In this document: positions 55,411-64,000 of the stretch, piece after piece
How the letters are laid out: every line of letters begins with the position of its first letter
Numbering within the stretch: position 1 is the first letter of the stretch
From: an uncultured Spirochaetota bacterium
Lineage (GTDB): Bacteria; Spirochaetota; Spirochaetia; SZUA-6; Fen-1364
Direction of reading: 5' to 3'
Assembly (NCBI GenBank): GCA_963820525.1
Contig: CAWGAA010000003.1
Location: forward strand, 96,001 to 160,000
Length of the DNA: 64,000 nt
Notes under the pieces: model-generated
The model's input: the letters and a program-made list of their open reading frames with translations, nothing else
Databases searched by the model: none
What the model was told of the DNA's origin: nothing
Translations under genes and position numbers: made by a program

Positions 55411-56919
55411 ATGATGAAAACCAGGAAAGCGATCCTTCTGGCGCTGGCGGCCCTTCTGGCCGCGGCCGCGGCGGGCGCCCAGGCCATTCAGTTGACGCGG
55501 GACCAGAGCGTCATCGATGCGGGGGGACTGAACGCCTTTGCCGCCGAAAACCTCCCCTCGTTCACCACCGTCACGCTCGACAACGGGATCCCCGTGGTGA
55601 TGAAGCGAAGCCTCTCCAACCGGATCGTCGCCCTGAAGACCGTTCTCCTCGGGCAGGCCTCCCTTGCGCCCCCGGGAAAAGAGGGCATCGAAGGGGTCAT
55701 GCTCACGATGCTCACCCGCGGCTCGGCCCGCTACAGCTACGCCGAGCTCCAGCGCCTGCTCTTCGAGGACTCGGCGTCCATAAACCCGTCGTACATGTCA
55801 TTCGATACGAGCGCCCTGAACCTGTTCACGATCGATGCGTACTTCGACGCCCTGTTCGACGCGTACGCCGACGCCTTCCTCCATCCCGCGTGGAATGCGG
55901 AGGAGTTTCCCCGCGTGGTGAGCGATTTCAGGATCGCCAAGCAGCAGTCTCGAAGCGACCCCTACTCCAAGAGCGTCGACGATCTCAACCAGCGGTTCTT
56001 TTCCGGTCATCCCTACGCCGCCAGCTTCGATGGGACGGAAAGCTCCCTCGCCTCTCTGACGCTGGACGACCTGAAGAGCTACTACGAGCAGACCGTCTCC
56101 TCGGGAAGGATCTTCATCGTCGCGGTCGGCAACTTCGACCCCGCCGCGCTCGTGGCGAAGCTGAACGCGACCTTCGGCGCCATGCCGAAAAAGGAATTCT
56201 CCCGCCCCGCCGTGCCGCCGTTCGCCGGGACGGTGAAGCCGGACCTGATCGTGGAGGCTTTTCCCCCGTCTCAGGGACTTGCCTACGTACGGGCCGACTT
56301 CGCCCTTCCCGCGCCCGACAGTCCCGAGACACCCGGCATCCAGGTGGCCTTCACGCTCCTGGACGACATCCTGTTCCAGATCGTGCGCACCGAGAACGGC
56401 GCCTGCTACGACGCATGGGCGGCTCTCCATGATTTCTCCGCCGGCTATGGGGACCTCACCGTATTCAAGACGGCGGTTCCGGGCAAGGTGAAAAAGCTCG
56501 TCGACGATTCCATCTCGGTGCTTCTCCGGGGGCAGTGCCTGGCGGGGAAGGTGTCGGCATCGGCGGCGGGCAAGGGCGGGATCGGACCGCAGGTTTCGGC
56601 CAAGGAGCAGGAGGGGACGTTTGTCCCCATCGCGGACGCCCTGCCCTTCTACAAGCAGCAGTTCCTCACCGGCTTCTACTCCGGCCAGCAGTCCAACATT
56701 TCCATCGCTTCCCAGATCGCCTCATCCGTGGTCTACCACGGGGATTTCCGGGACTACCTGCTCGTCATAGACAGGATCGACGCCGTGGGGCAGGATGACG
56801 TGGTGCGGGCGGCGGGGAAGTACCTCAGGGACAATCCGATGATCTGGATCGCGCTTGGCGACGCGGAGGTGTTGAAGGACATTAACCGGGACGACTTCCT
56901 CACGTTCCTGGGAAAGTGA
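55411..56919 (+). CDS. Secreted M16 peptidase, non-catalytic partner subunit
   Basis: Signal peptide, TLDNGI, MLTRGS lacking HxxEH, HPY...DGTESSL..LT.DDL, IVAVGNFD, and LFQIVRTENGACY with the R/Y pair. Confidence 0.85.
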   Translation: MMKTRKAILLALAALLAAAAAGAQAIQLTRDQSVIDAGGLNAFAAENLPSFTTVTLDNGIPVVMKRSLSNRIVALKTVLLGQASLAPPGKEGIEGVMLTMLTRGSARYSYAELQRLLFEDSASINPSYMSFDTSALNLFTIDAYFDALFDAYADAFLHPAWNAEEFPRVVSDFRIAKQQSRSDPYSKSVDDLNQRFFSGHPYAASFDGTESSLASLTLDDLKSYYEQTVSSGRIFIVAVGNFDPAALVAKLNATFGAMPKKEFSRPAVPPFAGTVKPDLIVEAFPPSQGLAYVRADFALPAPDSPETPGIQVAFTLLDDILFQIVRTENGACYDAWAALHDFSAGYGDLTVFKTAVPGKVKKLVDDSISVLLRGQCLAGKVSASAAGKGGIGPQVSAKEQEGTFVPIADALPFYKQQFLTGFYSGQQSNISIASQIASSVVYHGDFRDYLLVIDRIDAVGQDDVVRAAGKYLRDNPMIWIALGDAEVLKDINRDDFLTFLGK

Positions 56920-57787
<868 letters not shown>

Positions 57788-57791
<4 letters not shown>

Positions 57792-58333
57792 AACCCAGGG
57801 GACCGTTGATGATCGAGCACAGGCTTATCGAGAAGATGCTCCGCTACATGCAGAGGGAAGTGCAGCATATCCAGAAAGCGGGGTCGGCAGACCCTCTCTT
57901 CATCGACACGGCGGTGGATTTCATCAGGATGTACGCCGACAGGACCCATCACGGGAAGGAAGAGGACATCCTGTTCAAGGAGCTGGAGAGAAAAAAGCTC
58001 GCGGGCGCCGACAAGAAGCTCATGGTGGAGCTCGTGGAGGAACACCGGCTGGCCCGGACCGTCGTCAAGGAGCTTGTGGCCGCCAACAGGGCCTACGTCG
58101 GCGGGGACAAGAAGTCACTCGGGGTCATCGAGGAGAAGGTGAAGTGGCTCGTCCTGTTCTATCCCCAGCACATCAGGAAGGAAGACAGGGTCTTCTTTCC
58201 CGGCACGGAGAAGTACTTCACGCCGGAAGAGCTGGACAAGCTCCTTGCCGATTTCTGGGAGTTCGACAGAAGGATGATCCACGAGAAATACGGCAGGATC
58301 GTCGATGAGCTGAAGGAGAGGTATGGAGAGTAA
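57788..58333 (+). CDS. Hemerythrin/HHE-domain protein
   Basis: LMIEHRLI, YADRTHHGKEEDILF, EEHRLAR, HIRKEDRVFF. GTGA overlap with the upstream stop. Confidence 0.88.
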
Positions 58334-59177
58334 GCGGCCGATGACGATCGGCATCGACATCGGGGGCACCACGACGAAGATCGTCAGCCTTGCGGGAGAG
58401 AAGATCCTCCAGCTCCTGACCGTGAAGGCGAGCGACCCCGTCGCTTCCGCTTCGGGGGCCCTGGGGAAGCTCCTCGATTCGGGGCATCTGAGCCTGGCGG
58501 ATTTCAGCAAGGTGATCGTCACGGGTGTCGGCTCATCCGCCATCAAGGAGACCCTCATCGGGCTTGCCGTGGAGAGGGTGGACGAGTTCATCGCCATCGG
58601 CCTCGGGGGCCTCTTCCTCTCGAAGCTGGACAAGGCGATCGTGGTGAGCATGGGAACGGGAACGGCGATCGTCAGCGCAAAAGGCAAGGCAATCACCCAC
58701 ATCGGCGGCACGGGAATAGGTGGCGGCACCCTGCTGGGCCTGGCCAGGAGCATCCTCAACATCTCAGACTTCGCCACCATTATCGACCTGGCCCAGACCG
58801 GGAGCTTGAAGCACATCGACCTGTCGGTGGGCGACATCACGGCGATCAAGGTGGGGGACCTTCCCGTGGAGGCCACCGCGTCGAACTTCGGGAAGGTTGG
58901 AGACCAGGCGGACAGGAGCGATTACGCGCTGGGCATCCTCAACCTCATCTTCCAGACCATCGGGGTGATGGCCGTGCTCGGAGCCCGGCTGGATGGAGAA
59001 AAGAACATCGTGCTCATCGGAAAGCTCGCCAACATTCCCCAGGCCAAGGAGATCTTCGCGGGCCTGGCGAGGCTCTACCACCTGTCCTTCCACATTCCCC
59101 AGTACGCGGAATACGCCACCGCCGTGGGAGCGGCGATATCGCGGTGCTCCCCGGCGAGGGAGGGAGGAACGCCATGA
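58323..59177 (+). CDS. Type II pantothenate kinase (CoaW/fumble-like ASKHA fold)
   Basis: GIDIGGTTTKIV, VTGVGS, VDEF.AIG.GG, VSMGTGT, GGTGIGGGT, DL.VGDI, TASNFGK, ATAVGA. Confidence 0.82.
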   Translation: MESKRPMTIGIDIGGTTTKIVSLAGEKILQLLTVKASDPVASASGALGKLLDSGHLSLADFSKVIVTGVGSSAIKETLIGLAVERVDEFIAIGLGGLFLSKLDKAIVVSMGTGTAIVSAKGKAITHIGGTGIGGGTLLGLARSILNISDFATIIDLAQTGSLKHIDLSVGDITAIKVGDLPVEATASNFGKVGDQADRSDYALGILNLIFQTIGVMAVLGARLDGEKNIVLIGKLANIPQAKEIFAGLARLYHLSFHIPQYAEYATAVGAAISRCSPAREGGTP

Positions 59178-59929
59178 ACGTCTCGGGAAGCACCATCCTG
59201 ATAACGGGCGGCGCCACGGGCATCGGGCTTGCCCTCGCGGCCGCCTTCGACAAGCGCGGCAATACGGTGATCGTCTGCGGCCGCAGGGAGGAGAAGCTGA
59301 AGCAGGCCGCCGAGAGGCTGCCCCGCATCCGCACCATCCGCTGCGACGTGGCGGAGGAGGCGGAACGCCGGCGGCTTTTCGAGCAGGTGACGACGGATCA
59401 CCCGGAGCTCAACATCCTGGTGAACAACGCGGGGATCCAGAGGATGATCGACTTTCGAAAGGGTCCCGAAGATCTCGCTTCCGGGGAAAACGAGATCAGG
59501 ATCAACCTCGAGGCCCCCGTCTTTCTCTCCGCCCTGTTCGCCGCCAAGCTGATGAAGATGAGGCAGTCCGCCATCGTGAACGTCTCATCCGGGCTGGCAT
59601 TCGCCCCTCTTTCCATCATGCCCGTCTATTGCGCCACCAAGGCTGCCATTCACTCCTTCAGCATGTCGCTGCGCAGGCAACTCGCCCCGGCCGGCGTGAA
59701 GGTCTTCGAGATCATCCCGCCCACGGTTGATACGGAGCTGGACAGGGGGGCCCGGGGGCGGCGCGGCCAGACCGACAGGGGGATTCGCCCTGAAGAGGTG
59801 GCGGAGGCGGCCGTCGCGGGAATCTCCGCGGACACGTTCGAGATCGCCGTGGGCCAGGCGCAGGGCCTCATCGCCGGCTCCCGGGCAGATCCCAACGCCC
59901 TGTTCGATCGGATGAACCAGAGCTTCTAG
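59174..59929 (+). CDS. Short-chain dehydrogenase/reductase (DltE-like)
   Basis: ITGGATGIG, NNAGIQ, NVSSGL, YCATK, EIIPP.VDT. Confidence 0.92.
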   Translation: MNVSGSTILITGGATGIGLALAAAFDKRGNTVIVCGRREEKLKQAAERLPRIRTIRCDVAEEAERRRLFEQVTTDHPELNILVNNAGIQRMIDFRKGPEDLASGENEIRINLEAPVFLSALFAAKLMKMRQSAIVNVSSGLAFAPLSIMPVYCATKAAIHSFSMSLRRQLAPAGVKVFEIIPPTVDTELDRGARGRRGQTDRGIRPEEVAEAAVAGISADTFEIAVGQAQGLIAGSRADPNALFDRMNQSF

Positions 59930-60702
59930 CCCAGCCTCGGAAGGGCCTTGTCGCGCTTCAGGTCCACCTGCATGCAGAGATTCATCGCGTCCAGCACCTC
60001 GCCGAACACTCCCATGATGGCCTGCACCAGCTCGTAGCCTCCGCCGGTGCGCACCTCCGACTCCGGCATCGGGTAGAAAAGCTGGAAGCCCGCCCACGAA
60101 TCCAAGGGGAAGGCGCGAGCCGCCTTCCTGATCTGAAGCGCCGAGCTAAAGGAGCCCTTGGCGAATGACGCCTCGCGGCCGCCTCCCTCGATCCTCGCAA
60201 TAAACCCTTCGCGAAGGATCAGGCGGCGGAGCTCCTTTTCGAGCGCTCCCGCCTTTGTGCAGGCCTTCATGAGGCGGTGCCAGTCCCAGTCTTTGGCGAG
60301 CTGAAAGGAAGCGCCTTCCCCGCCGGAGACGACCCCCCGCTCCACCTGGAGTCCGGACTGAAAGATCCGGTCTGTCCGGTCCACGGAAATGAAGAGCTTC
60401 GCGCAGCCGAAGTTCACGGAGTGAGAGACGGGCTTCGCCTCTCGATTCGCTCTGGGCAGCCAGCAGATCCACTGCCAGTAGACCCCGCGCCCCCAGCGGT
60501 CCGTCACGAAGGGGGTGCCGTGCCTTTCTTCCAGGCGATGCTTGAGGATGCGCGTGATCCGTTCGTGCGGCTCGAGGTTTCCCACCCTGATTCCCCGCTG
60601 GAAATCGATCCACTCGGACCTGAAGGCCTCGCCCGTGGGAACCGCCTCCGCCGGCTTCCCCTTCGCGAGGGGAAGCCAATCGGCCGCCGTCATTCGCCGC
60701 AT
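59926..60702 (-). CDS. Hypothetical protein with a Trp-rich motif
   Basis: 258-aa ORF with GC3-rich codons filling the gap between two plus-strand genes. Motif DRWGRGVYWQWICW. No family recognised. Confidence 0.7.
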   Translation of the reverse strand: MRRMTAADWLPLAKGKPAEAVPTGEAFRSEWIDFQRGIRVGNLEPHERITRILKHRLEERHGTPFVTDRWGRGVYWQWICWLPRANREAKPVSHSVNFGCAKLFISVDRTDRIFQSGLQVERGVVSGGEGASFQLAKDWDWHRLMKACTKAGALEKELRRLILREGFIARIEGGGREASFAKGSFSSALQIRKAARAFPLDSWAGFQLFYPMPESEVRTGGGYELVQAIMGVFGEVLDAMNLCMQVDLKRDKALPRLG

Positions 60703-60803
60703 TGCTATTTTGCTCTCCTTTTTTCAAAGATGCGCCGAGCCGTTTCGCGTGTCAATTGCACGCTCGCCATGGTATAGTACACGGGGCTCACGGGGAGAAG
60801 GCA

Positions 60804-62438
60804 ATGCCGCGGGATACGGGAAAAGCGGAGCAGGACATCCTCCTGAAGGGCGGTCTCATCGTCGACGGGGCGGGAAGGAAAGCCTTCACGGGCAACCTCC
60901 TCATCAGGGCGGGAAGGATTCATCGGATATCGACGCGTCCGATACGCTTCACGGGGGCGTCAATCGACTGCTCGACGAAGGTGGTGGCCCCGGGATTCAT
61001 CGACGCGCACTCGCACCTGGACTGGCACCTGCCCATCAAGGGGCACGAGGAGCTGAAGTGGCCCTTCATCGCCCAGGGGATCACCACCGTGGTGGCGGGC
61101 AACTGCGGCATCTCCGCGGCCGGCTTCCGCGACGGCACCGCCTTCAAGCCCCAGATCGCCAACCACCTGCTGAAGAACCGGGACTTCACGCTGGACTGGG
61201 ACTCTGTAGAGGATTTCTTCTCACGCCTCGCCTCCCAGGGGCTGAGCCACAACCTTGCCCTCCTCGCAGGACATGGATCGCTTCGCTGCTCGATACGGGG
61301 GCTCGATCCCTCACCCCTTCACCCCTACGAATCGGCCGAGATGCTGCGGCTGCTGGAAAAGGCCATGGAGCAGGGCGCCCGGGGGCTTTCCCTGGGGCTC
61401 CAATACGAGCCCGGCATGTTTGCCCGGCCCGAGGAGATCAAGGAGATGGCTCTTGCCGTCAAGCGCCGCGGCAAGATCGTGAGCATTCACGCGCGCGCCC
61501 TCTCGGCGCTCTCCGGCGCCTACCCCGTCAAGCTCTTTGGCAGGCCGCACAACATCATTGCCCTGGAGGAGGCCATCGACCTCGCCCGCCTGACGGGCGT
61601 TCGTCTCCAGATCTCCCACCTCATCTTCGCCGGCTCGCGCACGTGGAAGACCGCGGACACGGCCCTCCGTCTCATCGAGGGCGCAATCGCGGAGGGAATC
61701 GACGCGCGCTTCGACATGTACCCCTACTTCTGCGGGTCCTCCCACATCAATGTGCTTATGCCGCCCTGGTTTCTCGCCCGTCTCCCCGGCGCTTATGACG
61801 ATCCCGCCGCCCTTAAGCGGCTTCGCCGTGAGCTTGTCATGATAGAGAGGCTCCTCGGGTTCGGGCCGGGGGACGTGCAGATCACGGACGCGCGGGAGCC
61901 GGAGCTGAAGAAGTACGACGGGATGTTCCTCTCCCAGATCGCGCGCGCCCAGCGGATGCGGCCCGAGGAGGCGCTGATCGACTTTGCCAAGAAAAGCGGA
62001 GGCCGCGCGGGGGTCCTCTGCCACCGATACTCGAATCCTGGCATCGTGGAGGCCCTGATCCGCCACCCCGCCTCGCTTTTCATGACGGACGCCTGGGTCG
62101 AGCCAGGCGGCGCCCAGAATCCCTCGGCCTTCGGGGCTTTCCCGCGGTTTTTGAGGCTCGCCCGGGAGAAGCGCCTGCTCAGCCTCGAAGAGGCGGTGCG
62201 CAAGATGACCGGTGCGACCGCGGAGCGGTTCGGGCTCACGGACCGCGGGGTCCTGGCCGAGGGCATGGCTGCCGACGTAACGGTATTCGACTGGGAAGGC
62301 GTGACGGACAACGGCTCAAGCGACGCAGCGGACGCCTCCCCCAGCGGCATCGACTATGTATTTGTGAACGGCAAGAAAGCCGTGGATGCGGGAAGAAGGG
62401 TCGGGCTTCTCAACGCGGGAGTGCCCCTTCCCGGCTGA
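60804..62438 (+). CDS. N-acyl-D-amino-acid deacylase-like amidohydrolase
   Basis: GGLIVDG.G, VAPGFIDAHSH.D, QGITTVVAGNCG, GLS.GL.Y.PG, QISH, FDMYPY, AFPRFL, EAVRKMT, RG.L.EGM.ADV.VFD, VFVNG. Confidence 0.9.
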   Translation: MPRDTGKAEQDILLKGGLIVDGAGRKAFTGNLLIRAGRIHRISTRPIRFTGASIDCSTKVVAPGFIDAHSHLDWHLPIKGHEELKWPFIAQGITTVVAGNCGISAAGFRDGTAFKPQIANHLLKNRDFTLDWDSVEDFFSRLASQGLSHNLALLAGHGSLRCSIRGLDPSPLHPYESAEMLRLLEKAMEQGARGLSLGLQYEPGMFARPEEIKEMALAVKRRGKIVSIHARALSALSGAYPVKLFGRPHNIIALEEAIDLARLTGVRLQISHLIFAGSRTWKTADTALRLIEGAIAEGIDARFDMYPYFCGSSHINVLMPPWFLARLPGAYDDPAALKRLRRELVMIERLLGFGPGDVQITDAREPELKKYDGMFLSQIARAQRMRPEEALIDFAKKSGGRAGVLCHRYSNPGIVEALIRHPASLFMTDAWVEPGGAQNPSAFGAFPRFLRLAREKRLLSLEEAVRKMTGATAERFGLTDRGVLAEGMAADVTVFDWEGVTDNGSSDAADASPSGIDYVFVNGKKAVDAGRRVGLLNAGVPLPG

Positions 62439-62532
62439 AGAGATTGTCCATCCGCTTTCGCGGCCGGCCGGATTGCGCTATACTCTCCCCCGCGCCCCGG
62501 TGGCGTGAAACGGAAATCCAGGAGCCCGGCCC

Positions 62533-63483
62533 GTGAAAGCCCTCTACAGATTCTTCCGCTCCAAACGCCTCGCCTTCGCGCTCCTGCTGGTCATCACCCT
62601 GCTTTCCATCCTTGCCACGCTGGTTCCCCAGGGCGGAAAGAAGGAAACATACCAGGCGGCCTACCCCGCATTGCTTTCGCGCGCGATCCTGGCTCTCCAC
62701 TTCGACAGGTTCTTCAGCTCGGAGCTTTTCTTCGCCGTCGCCGCGCTGTTCACGGCCAATCTGGGGGTCTGCGCAATTGACAGGCTGCTTGCGCGGCGGC
62801 GCGCCGGAGGTCCCAGGCGCTACGGGCCCGATCTCGTTCACCTCGGGCTCCTCCTCCTTGTCGCGGGAGCGATCCTCACCACGGCTCTTCGGCAGGAGAA
62901 GCTCTTCTTCCTGGCCGAGGGGGAACGGGAGGAAATCGGCGGCGGCTATGTGGTGCAGCTGCTCTCGTTTCAGTTTTTGAAGTACGAAAGCGGGGCGCCG
63001 AAGGACTGGATATCCACCGTGTCCGTTCTGGCTGGAGACGGCGTGCGGATCGCCTCGGCGCCCATAGAAGTGAACAAGCCCCTGAGGCTCGGCACCCTGC
63101 GCATTTACCAGTCCTCGTACTCCACGGAAGGCACGACAGAGATGGAGGTCTCCCCGGGGAAAACGGTCTCCGTCAAGACGGGCGAGGCTTTCAGGATCGG
63201 GGACGTGTTCTGGTATTTCGCCGACGTGGAGCCTGCCGCCGCAGGAAACCCTGCCGTCGCGATCTTCCAGAAATGGGTTGGAGGCGCGCGCGTCTCCACG
63301 CTCAAGGTGAGCGCGCCGGGCATGGTGGGCCCCCTCCCCGTCGCGCGGATCTCAGTCCGCCGCCTCACGGGGCTCAAGGCGGTGCGTGACCCCGGCTTCT
63401 TCCTCGTCGTGGCGGCCCTCATCGTCGCGGGCTCCGGATTAGCCCTGACGTACATCCAGAAGCTGGGAGACATGAAAGCATGA
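62533..63483 (+). CDS. resB: Cytochrome c biogenesis system II protein, ResB/CcsB-like
   Basis: FFRSKRLAFALL...LATLVPQ, LVHLGLLLL (conserved His), PKDWISTV, IEVNKPL...RIYQSSY, TGL...DPG. Confidence 0.85.
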   Translation: MKALYRFFRSKRLAFALLLVITLLSILATLVPQGGKKETYQAAYPALLSRAILALHFDRFFSSELFFAVAALFTANLGVCAIDRLLARRRAGGPRRYGPDLVHLGLLLLVAGAILTTALRQEKLFFLAEGEREEIGGGYVVQLLSFQFLKYESGAPKDWISTVSVLAGDGVRIASAPIEVNKPLRLGTLRIYQSSYSTEGTTEMEVSPGKTVSVKTGEAFRIGDVFWYFADVEPAAAGNPAVAIFQKWVGGARVSTLKVSAPGMVGPLPVARISVRRLTGLKAVRDPGFFLVVAALIVAGSGLALTYIQKLGDMKA

Positions 63484-64000
63484 CGGCAACGATCGGCCTC
63501 GTCTTTCTGGCGGCTGCGGCCGTTCTGCAGATCGTCTTCCTCTTCCGTCGGGGAGACAAGCGTGACCCGGTTTCCCATTACCTGCTCGCCTGCGCCGCGC
63601 TGCTCCTGCTGGCAACCCTCGCGGACAGGAGCATCCGCATCGGCTTCGTCGCGGTCACCAACACATACGAGTCGCTCGTATTCTTCGCTGCAGCCGTCTC
63701 CCTCGTGCTCTTTGCGGCCCGGATGATCCCCCGGATGCGCCCGCCCCTGTTCGTCCAGTTCGGCGGAACCATCATCGCCCTTGCGCTGCTCATGGTTTCT
63801 TCCTCTCCAATCGCCCCCAAGGATATCCAGCCCCCCATTCCCGCGCTGCAGTCGCTGTGGCTCGTCCTGCACGTCACCTTCGCATTCATCGGAGAATCCT
63901 TCTTCGCCGTCAGCTTCATCGCTGCGATATCCGTATTGGCCCAGAAGGACGCCGTCAAACAGGGCGAGGCGGACAGGATTGTCTACACCTCGATCGGGAT
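63480..64000 (+). CDS. ccsA: Cytochrome c biogenesis protein CcsA/ResC (frameshift near 63551, 3' end outside the window)
   Basis: Not in the ORF track. ATGA overlap start MTATIGLVFL. After adding one G it reads DKRDPVSHYLL...RSIRIGFVAVTNTYESLVFF...PPIPALQSLWLVLHVTFAFIGESFFAVSF, the CcsA signature. Confidence 0.88.
   Translation, partial: MTATIGLVFLAAAAVLQIVFLFRRGDKRDPVSHYLLACAALLLLATLADRSIRIGFVAVTNTYESLVFFAAAVSLVLFAARMIPRMRPPLFVQFGGTIIALALLMVSSSPIAPKDIQPPIPALQSLWLVLHVTFAFIGESFFAVSFIAAISVLAQKDAVKQGEADRIVYTSIG

Overview
GC-rich bacterial chromosomal segment, most likely from a free-living, probably anaerobic Spirochaetota. This is an inference from the long spirochaete-type thymidine kinase, an orphan FliG1-like paralog and a DUF6657-like protein. 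It holds about 50 genes and one tRNA-Phe(GAA). Housekeeping and repair genes include an EndoQ/PHP-UvrD fusion, tdk, glpK, metF, asnS and an Fpg/Nei-like glycosylase. Other loci are an aryl-acid uptake/activation region (three PaaK-like ligases, two ACT proteins, a Liv-type ABC transporter), malQ plus a giant GH13, a MacAB-type exporter, a sugar ABC system with a soluble LacI-domain histidine kinase, a NarL regulator and a GH3, an RRE-like-Memo protein, an M16 peptidase pair and system II cytochrome c biogenesis genes. I see no CRISPR array, integrase, transposase or prophage. About a dozen 1-2 nt indels break otherwise intact genes and look like long-read consensus errors, while two loci show real multi-codon deletions. 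The two most notable signals are (1) a dispersed family of GC-rich palindromic elements built from NGGA-loop and GNA-triloop hairpins, lying at gene 3' ends and apparently captured as C-terminal protein extensions, and (2) many sigma70-type promoters placed directly against start codons, suggesting leaderless mRNAs.
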